From an uncultured Oscillospiraceae bacterium (lineage in GTDB: Bacteria; Bacillota; Clostridia; Oscillospirales; Ruminococcaceae), in contig CAZNJJ010000001.1 of the NCBI GenBank assembly GCA_964573335.1, forward strand, positions 2,003-66,002: a stretch of 64,000 nucleotides of DNA, in the 5' to 3' direction. Of the stretch, positions 57,578-64,000 are shown piece by piece. Position 1 is the first letter of the stretch; every line of letters starts with the position of its first letter. The notes under the pieces were generated by a model that saw only the letters and a list, made by a program, of their open reading frames with translations, was not told the DNA's origin and made no database searches. Position numbers and translations under genes: made by a program.

Positions 57578-57868
57578 GTGCGCGAAATTTTCGACATCTA
57601 CATTTTAGCAAAAACAGCGCATTTCTTCAACTAATTGCACTCGTTTTTGTGAAAAGTGAACAACACTTTCTCGGATTTGCAATTTCACTGACTGAAATCG
57701 AACTTTTCCCCGTTAAATTCGGAATAAGAGTCGGCAAAATAGAGTTAAGAGCTTGCAAAATGTATTCAAATTTATTCCAATTAGTGATATAATTATTTTG
57801 AATTTTATTTTTTAACCTGAATATATCTTTTTGTGCATTATGATAAATTTTCGTTTGGAGGAAAAGCC

Positions 57869-59227
57869 ATGAAAATCATCATCGCCGGAGATGGAAAGGT
57901 AGGCTCCGCCCTCACCCGAAAGCTGTCGGGCGAGGGATACGACCTCACCGTTATAGATACCGACAAAAGCGTTTTGGAAACAAGCGTTGAAAGATACGAT
58001 GTTATCGCCATGCAGGGAAACTGCGCCGCGATGGACACACTCAAGGAGGCAGATGTTGCTTCTGCCGACCTGCTGATAGCCGCCACCGGAGCCGATGAGC
58101 TTAATCTGCTCTGCTGTATGACGGCACACGGGTTGAATCCCGCTCTGCACACGATAGCGCGGATACGCAATCCCGAATATATAGACCAGATATACGAAAT
58201 GCGTGATTTTTTCGCCCTGTCGCTTTCGGTCAATCCCGAAAAGCAGGCGGCGGCGGAAATCGAGCGCCTGCTGCGCTACCCCGGATTTTTAAAGCGCGAG
58301 TCCTTTGCGGGCGGCAGAGTTGAGATAGCGGAATTGAAGATAGAAGCCGACAGTCCGCTCTGCAACCGTTCCCTCATAGATATGAACGGAATTGTAAAAT
58401 GCCGCGTTCTGGTTTGCGCGGTACTGCGCGACGGTGTTGCGATAGCCCCCCGCGGCAGCTTTGTTCTCAAAGAGGGGGACAGAATATTCGTCACCGCTCC
58501 CACCTCCGCCCTCTCAACGCTGCTGAAAAACCTGGGAATAAGCACCCGCCGAGTCAGCCGTGTTATAATATGCGGCGGCGGCAGAATAAGCTACTATCTG
58601 GCGCAACAGCTTTTAAAGAGCAAAATCAGCGTAAAAATAGTGGATTCCGACTATAGCGCCTGTGTTCACCTCGCCTCGATGCTGCCCGAAGCCTGCATCG
58701 TGCATGGCGACGCAAGCGATCACGACCTGCTCGAAAGCGAGGGACTTGAGGATTGCGACGCACTCATCACCGCCACCGGAACCGATGAGCTTAACATGAT
58801 AGTTTCGCTCTACGGCAGTCGTGTGAGCAAATGCAGCGTGATAACCAAGCTCAGCAGAATAGCCGATTCTCACATAACAGACAATCTCTCACTGGGCAGT
58901 GTAGTCTGCCCCAAGGAGCTTTGCAGCGACACTATCGTGCAGTATGTCAGAGCGATGCACGACCAGTCCGGCGCAGCAACTGCGGTTCATACGATAGCAG
59001 ACGGTCAGGTTGAGGCGGTGGAGTTTTTCGTAGACCAAACCACCCTCAACATCGGCAAAAAGCTAAAGGAAATCAAGCTCAAAAAGGATGTTCTTATCGC
59101 CACCATAATACATGGCGCAAGGTGCGAAATCCCCTGCGGCGACTCGGTATTCTCACAGGGTGATACGCTGATAATCGTCACCGGAAAACGGAATATCCTC
59201 CGTCAGCTTAACGACATTTTTGAATAA
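57869..59227 (+). CDS. trkA: Trk potassium transporter regulatory subunit TrkA
   Basis: Two RCK_N/RCK_C pairs, GDGKVG and GGGRI nucleotide-binding loops, DELN. Confidence 0.93.
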   Translation: MKIIIAGDGKVGSALTRKLSGEGYDLTVIDTDKSVLETSVERYDVIAMQGNCAAMDTLKEADVASADLLIAATGADELNLLCCMTAHGLNPALHTIARIRNPEYIDQIYEMRDFFALSLSVNPEKQAAAEIERLLRYPGFLKRESFAGGRVEIAELKIEADSPLCNRSLIDMNGIVKCRVLVCAVLRDGVAIAPRGSFVLKEGDRIFVTAPTSALSTLLKNLGISTRRVSRVIICGGGRISYYLAQQLLKSKISVKIVDSDYSACVHLASMLPEACIVHGDASDHDLLESEGLEDCDALITATGTDELNMIVSLYGSRVSKCSVITKLSRIADSHITDNLSLGSVVCPKELCSDTIVQYVRAMHDQSGAATAVHTIADGQVEAVEFFVDQTTLNIGKKLKEIKLKKDVLIATIIHGARCEIPCGDSVFSQGDTLIIVTGKRNILRQLNDIFE

Positions 59228-59242
59228 GATGGAGGCGCTCGC

Positions 59243-60694
59243 ATGAATTTTAAAATGATGGCGCGCTTTATCGCCTTTATTCTCCTGTTGGAAGCGGTTT
59301 TCATGCTCCCCGCTCTGGCAGTCAGCATATTCTACAATGAGCCTACCGCCGTTAAGGGATTTCTCTATTCGCTGGCAATCATTATGCTGATATTCGGCGC
59401 GCTCTTTATCCCATGGCGCAAGGACGAACGTGACAAGGGTTTTTACGCCCGAGAGGGTCTGGTCTGCGTGGGAACAGGCTGGATAGCGCTTTCGCTTTTG
59501 GGCGCTCTCCCCTTTTATCTCTCGGGTGAGGTTCCGCGCTATATAGATTCGCTTTTCGAGATAGTTTCGGGATTCACCACGACAGGCGCTTCTATCCTCA
59601 CAAATGTTGAGGCTCTCTCCCACGGACTTATCTACTGGCGCAGCTTCAGCCACTGGATAGGCGGCATGGGTGTGCTTGTCTTTATGCTGGCGGTTCTGCC
59701 GCCCAGCGGCGGCTTTACGATGCACCTTCTCCGCGCCGAAAGCCCCGGCCCCAACGTCAGCAAGCTGGTGCCGCGTATGCGCCAAACCGCTACAATACTC
59801 TACCTGCTGTATATCATTCTCACCGTTATCTGTTTTGTATTTCTGCTTATCGGCAGAATGCCGCTGTTCGATGCGGTTTGCACCACCTTCGGCACGGCGG
59901 GCACAGGCGGATTCGGCATAAAAAACGACAGCATGGCAGGTTACAGCCCCTATCTGCAAAATGTCTGCACCGTTTTCATGCTGATTTTCGGTGTGAATTT
60001 CAGTCTGTATTATCTCCTGCTGGCGAAAAAGTTTCTCGATGTGTTCCGCGATGAAGAACTGCGGCTCTATCTCGGAGTTGTATTCGCCGCGATACTCTTC
60101 ATTTCCCTCGATATTCGCTCGCTTTATCCGACTCTTGAGGAAACGGTTCGCCATGCGGCGTTTCAGGTGTCGAGCATAATCACGACAACCGGCTATGCCA
60201 CCACCGATTTTGACCTCTGGCCCGGATTCTCCAAGTCGATACTGCTTTGTCTCATGCTGCTGGGCGCCTGCGCGGGAAGCACGGGCGGCGGCTTAAAGTG
60301 CATCAGACTGCTTATTCTGCTAAAGGGATTGCGGCGCAATATCCGCCGCGTTATCCGCCCTAACGATGTTCGCGTGGTGAAAAGCAACGGACAGACGATG
60401 GACGAAAAAATTGTGGAAAGCACAAACGCCTATCTTTCCGCCTATGTGATTATCCTTGTAATCAGCTTTATGCTCGTTTCGCTCGATAATTTTTCCACCA
60501 CCACAAATATTTCCGCGGTAATATCCTGCTTTAACAATATAGGTCCCGGGTTGGAGGCAGTAGGCCCCGTATGCAATTTCTCGGGATACAGCACCTTTTC
60601 CAAGCTGGTTTTGATATTCGATATGCTTGCCGGCAGACTCGAAATATTCCCGATACTGCTGCTTTTCAGCCGCGCAACATGGCGCAGAGCCTGA
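59243..60694 (+). CDS. trkH: Trk potassium uptake membrane subunit TrkH
   Basis: FEIVSGFTTTGA, WIGGMG, TAGTGGF, TTTGY, GSTGGG, NNIGPG, GRLE. Confidence 0.95.
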   Translation: MNFKMMARFIAFILLLEAVFMLPALAVSIFYNEPTAVKGFLYSLAIIMLIFGALFIPWRKDERDKGFYAREGLVCVGTGWIALSLLGALPFYLSGEVPRYIDSLFEIVSGFTTTGASILTNVEALSHGLIYWRSFSHWIGGMGVLVFMLAVLPPSGGFTMHLLRAESPGPNVSKLVPRMRQTATILYLLYIILTVICFVFLLIGRMPLFDAVCTTFGTAGTGGFGIKNDSMAGYSPYLQNVCTVFMLIFGVNFSLYYLLLAKKFLDVFRDEELRLYLGVVFAAILFISLDIRSLYPTLEETVRHAAFQVSSIITTTGYATTDFDLWPGFSKSILLCLMLLGACAGSTGGGLKCIRLLILLKGLRRNIRRVIRPNDVRVVKSNGQTMDEKIVESTNAYLSAYVIILVISFMLVSLDNFSTTTNISAVISCFNNIGPGLEAVGPVCNFSGYSTFSKLVLIFDMLAGRLEIFPILLLFSRATWRRA

Positions 60695-60696
60695 AC

Positions 60697-60734
60697 AAAA
60701 AGCTCCCCGATTTTAAAAATCGAGGAGCTTTTTA
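60697..60734. terminator. Bidirectional terminator
   Basis: aaaagctccccga/tcgaggagctttt. Confidence 0.7.
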
Positions 60735-60739
60735 TCTTA

Positions 60740-62068
60740 TCAATAGTGATATATCTTCTGCTTGGTTATCAGGAATATAAGCGAAACCAAAACCGCCATC
60801 GCCTCGGCGACCACCACCGAAATCCAAATTCCGTTTATACCCCATATCAGCGGAAGAAGCATTACGGCGGAGGTTTGGAAAACCAGTGTTCGCAAAAAGG
60901 AGATTATCGCGGAGGTAACACCGTCGTTTAAGGCGGTGAAAAAGCCGGAGCCGAATATCGCGAATCCCATAAACAGAAACGCGAAGGAATAAACCCGAAA
61001 TCCGTTGCAGGTCATGGCGAGCAGCTCGGCATCATAGCCGACAAACAGCTTGGAAAGCGGCATCGCCATAAACCACGCCAGCAGCATCATTGCAACCGCA
61101 AAACAAGCTATTACAATTCCGCTTTTCCTCAGCAGACCTTTCAGCGCCTTGTGATTTGCCGCGCCGAAGTTGTAGCTTATCACCGGCGCCACACCTATCG
61201 AATAGCCGATAAATGCCGCCGAAAAGGCAAAGCTGACATACATTATCGTGCCGTAGGCGGCAACACCGTTTTCTCCGGCGTATTTCAATAGCTGAATGTT
61301 ATACAGCATACCGACAAGCGACATCGAAATGTTGCTCAAAAGCTCGGAGGAGCCGTTTATACAGGTTTTTACCAGCGCGTGAATATCCATATCGGTTTTG
61401 ACAAGCCGCAGGAGACTGCCGTTCTCTCGGGCGAAATAGAACAGCGGAACTATTCCGCCGACTATCTGGCTCATCGCGGTAGCCACCGCCGCGCCTGCCA
61501 CTCCCAGCGGGAACACCGCCACCAAAAGTGCGTCCAGCACCATATTGGTTACGCCGGAGGAAACGGTGGTCAAAAGTCCGAGCTTGGGTTTTTCCGCGGC
61601 GATAAAAAAGCTCTGAAATTCAAGCTGCAAAATATAGGCAGGCAGCGCTATCAGATTTATGATTCCGTAGAGAACACAGTCCTCCAGCATATCGCCGTGA
61701 GCGCCCAAAGCCTGCGCGAGCGGACGGATATACACTATGCTCACCGCCGCTATTACAACGCCCAGCACCGCCGAGGTGTAAACGAAAAGCGAAAAATTTC
61801 GATTGGCGCGCTCAACATTTCCCTCACCGATATTTTTGGCGACCCATGCACTTCCGCCTGTTCCGAACATGAATCCCACCGCGCCTACCATCATCAGAAA
61901 CGGCATGATGAAATTCACCGCCGCAAACGGCGTTTTGCCTACAAAATTCGAGATAAAAAAGCCGTCTACAACGCCGTATATCGATGTGAAAAGCATCATC
62001 ACCACCGACGGAAGGGTAAAACGCAGCAATGTTCTGAAATTAAAATGATCCGAAAGCCTTATTTCCAT
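60740..62068 (-). CDS. MATE family efflux transporter
   Basis: YGVVDGFFISNFVG, NMVLD.L, GVAGAAVAT, about 12 TM. Confidence 0.93.
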   Translation of the reverse strand: MEIRLSDHFNFRTLLRFTLPSVVMMLFTSIYGVVDGFFISNFVGKTPFAAVNFIMPFLMMVGAVGFMFGTGGSAWVAKNIGEGNVERANRNFSLFVYTSAVLGVVIAAVSIVYIRPLAQALGAHGDMLEDCVLYGIINLIALPAYILQLEFQSFFIAAEKPKLGLLTTVSSGVTNMVLDALLVAVFPLGVAGAAVATAMSQIVGGIVPLFYFARENGSLLRLVKTDMDIHALVKTCINGSSELLSNISMSLVGMLYNIQLLKYAGENGVAAYGTIMYVSFAFSAAFIGYSIGVAPVISYNFGAANHKALKGLLRKSGIVIACFAVAMMLLAWFMAMPLSKLFVGYDAELLAMTCNGFRVYSFAFLFMGFAIFGSGFFTALNDGVTSAIISFLRTLVFQTSAVMLLPLIWGINGIWISVVVAEAMAVLVSLIFLITKQKIYHY

Positions 62069-63373
62069 TTACAGCTCCTGTAATTTTTGATTTTTAAGCA
62101 GAAGGTCGATATAGCAGGCGGCGGCAAATTCGCGCGGGAGCAGATTGGAGAGTATCTTCACCGCCTCAGGATGCCCACCGCTCTGCAAAAGCTGTGTCAC
62201 CGCCGAGGACATCTTTTTAGGCTCGAGCGATTGCAGCACCGCCGAGAGCAGTTTTTTCACGTCCTCCCGCTGAATCTTTTCGGGAAGCACCAATCTCGGC
62301 TGACTGCGATAATTTTTCAGCAATTCGCCGTTAAACTCATCAAAACTGTATTCTTTTTCGGGAGAAAGCCCGTAAACCACGCCGCATATCTCCGCAACCC
62401 GACAAAGCATTTCGGGAGCGTTTCGTTTCCAGTCGGCTCTGCTGAGAAAATCAATCGCTATATCCTTTTCCACCGCTTTTATCGTTTTCGCAACAGGGCG
62501 GCGCAGAATATCGGATATGCTCCGCTCAAACTGCTCTATTCCGATTTTAAGCGCGGAACGGTTTTTCTCCTGTTCTCCCAACGAAAAGGTATAATAACAG
62601 CCTTTCAGCCTGCCGAACGCCTTCAGCGTGTCAAAATAGCCGAGCAAACGGTTTCTCGCGAAAACGTTTTTGTCAAAATCAAAAACCGCACCCAAGTCCC
62701 AATAGGAATTTATCCGCGTTATCGGGATATTTTTGGCGTTTTTCGGCTCCTTGACGAAGCCTACACCGTCCAAATCAACCGCGACTATCTCAGTAGCGCC
62801 GTGTTCTATCGCCATATTTATCGGAACATTGTCATAATAGCCGCCGTCGATATATTTCACCCCATTCATCTCATAGGGTGAAAATACAGGGAAACAGGCG
62901 GAGGACGCCATAAGACAGTCGTGCAGCTTTCCTATCGGAATATCCGCCTTCATCGGCATATAGGGGCGCATTGTCGGCAGCTCGGTGGCTACAAGTCCGA
63001 AATCGTTTTTGCCGTTTCTCACCTTTTGCTCGTCAATGTTAGCTTTAATAAGCTGTTCCAGCCGAGATGTGTCGAGACTGCCCTCAAGCAATCCGTCATT
63101 CACGGCAAATTTCAGCATACCCAGCACGCTGTTTATCGAGCGAACCTCGCTCTGCCGCTCCTCACCGAACAGCTTTTCATATTCGATGGTGTTCCACAGC
63201 CTGTCGGCTATATCGAAAGAATCCTGCGTCATCAGTGCGCCGTTGAGCGCGCCGATAGAGGTTCCGACGATAATATCAAATTCCATGCCCAGCTCACGAA
63301 AGGCTTTCCACGCTCCCATCTGATAGGAGCCTTTTGCCCCGCCTCCGCCGAGAACAAGCGCCCTTTTTGCCAT
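62069..63373 (-). CDS. Patatin-like phospholipase
   Basis: GGGAKG, GTSIG nucleophile elbow, DGG; extra C-terminal helical region. Confidence 0.92.
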   Translation of the reverse strand: MAKRALVLGGGGAKGSYQMGAWKAFRELGMEFDIIVGTSIGALNGALMTQDSFDIADRLWNTIEYEKLFGEERQSEVRSINSVLGMLKFAVNDGLLEGSLDTSRLEQLIKANIDEQKVRNGKNDFGLVATELPTMRPYMPMKADIPIGKLHDCLMASSACFPVFSPYEMNGVKYIDGGYYDNVPINMAIEHGATEIVAVDLDGVGFVKEPKNAKNIPITRINSYWDLGAVFDFDKNVFARNRLLGYFDTLKAFGRLKGCYYTFSLGEQEKNRSALKIGIEQFERSISDILRRPVAKTIKAVEKDIAIDFLSRADWKRNAPEMLCRVAEICGVVYGLSPEKEYSFDEFNGELLKNYRSQPRLVLPEKIQREDVKKLLSAVLQSLEPKKMSSAVTQLLQSGGHPEAVKILSNLLPREFAAACYIDLLLKNQKLQEL

Positions 63374-63394
63374 GAAACACCATTCCCTTCAAAC

Positions 63395-64000
63395 TCAAAC
63401 TCCCATATAATAAGCAAGATTTGCGTTATTGTCAAGAATCCCCTCGATAAGCGGCTTTTTGCAGGTCATTATGGTGGAAATTCCGGGACCGTGACCCATT
63501 ATCGTGCAGTCGGAATGAACCACAACGCCTATAGAAACCGCTCCGGTGAGATAACCTCTTCCGTAGCCGGTATCGCAGTTTTGCAGCAGAACTATGTCGC
63601 CGTAGCGGAGCTTATCCAGCTTGTTTTTCTCTATTTCGCCCCAATCGGCGGTCATCAAATCAAAATCGCCTGTATGACCGCTTCCCATTCCCTGACCTGC
63701 GCCCATAAGGTGAGAGGGGATTATTCCCGCAACAGGAACGGCTATCCTGCCGTCACGCTCGATGATTCCCAGCTTATCAAGCAGGGCGGGGTCAATTCCG
63801 GTCAGCATTATCTCGGGGTAGTCGATGAGCGACAGCCCCTGACCGTAGGATTTTATCAGTATTCTGTCCTCGGGGAGCATATTTTCCATATCTTCATCGG
63901 AGAACCAAAGCAGAGTATGCTCTATTCCGCCGTGAAAGCCGGTGACAAATCCCTTTGCGCCCTTTGCCTCGCCCGAAACTACCTTTGCCTCATTTCCGAT
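63395..64000 (-). CDS. DUF4438-like protein, partial (5' end lies beyond the window)
   Basis: Frame stays open to 64000 (IGNEAKVVSGEAKGAKGFVTGFHGGIEH...); GDFDLMT, GHGPG motifs. Confidence 0.75.
   Translation of the reverse strand: MGNEAKVVSGEAKGAKGFVTGFHGGIEHTLLWFSDEDMENMLPEDRILIKSYGQGLSLIDYPEIMLTGIDPALLDKLGIIERDGRIAVPVAGIIPSHLMGAGQGMGSGHTGDFDLMTADWGEIEKNKLDKLRYGDIVLLQNCDTGYGRGYLTGAVSIGVVVHSDCTIMGHGPGISTIMTCKKPLIEGILDNNANLAYYMGV

Noticed and set aside
57550-57868. c-di-AMP (ydaO) riboswitch upstream of trkAH; Rex-like site at ttgtgaaaagtgaacaa
   Set aside because: No GCUGAA/GGGGAA ydaO core; the Rex-like sequence has too many mismatches in the right half
1-64000. CRISPR array, prophage, integrase, transposase, rRNA
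   Set aside because: No regularly spaced direct repeats, no recombinase or transposase motifs, no phage structural genes and no rRNA-like sequence seen

Overview
This window looks like chromosomal DNA from an anaerobic Clostridia (Oscillospiraceae/Ruminococcaceae-like) bacterium; the taxonomy is inferred from gene content and sigma-A promoter/RBS style. It is densely coding and mostly housekeeping or metabolic. Contents: clpB with a perfect CIRCE box, a HIT protein, a long minus-strand run (ruvCAB, glmM, SAM methyltransferase, ecfA1-ecfA2-ecfT, truA, DUF5711-like, CvpA, Zn-ribbon ClpC-like ATPase), a small AT-rich HTH/HTH/SLOG-like islet, a polar amino acid ABC transporter, tRNA-Val(GAC), an amidase-SH3 protein and secA. 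Further along are an ABC-2 exporter cluster, a U32 peptidase, a HAD hydrolase, a lipoprotein-RR-HK-DUF1385-prmC-DUF896 operon, asparaginase, livJHMGF, RluA, NnrD, threonine dehydratase, a four-subunit 2-oxoacid:ferredoxin oxidoreductase, an orphan SdpI, a GntR-TRAP-aldolase locus, an Asp/Glu racemase, trkAH, MATE, patatin and a partial DUF4438-like gene. I saw no integrase, transposase, prophage, rRNA or CRISPR array. The best leads are a circularly permuted family-3 solute-binding lipoprotein (19376-20227), an unidentified structured leader/42-codon ORF at 48-272, a histidine kinase whose N-box Asn is replaced by Thr, and the operator-dense HTH/SLOG islet. All family assignments come from recognising motifs by eye; no database searches were run. 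Many start codons were moved from the ORF track to the RBS-supported start.
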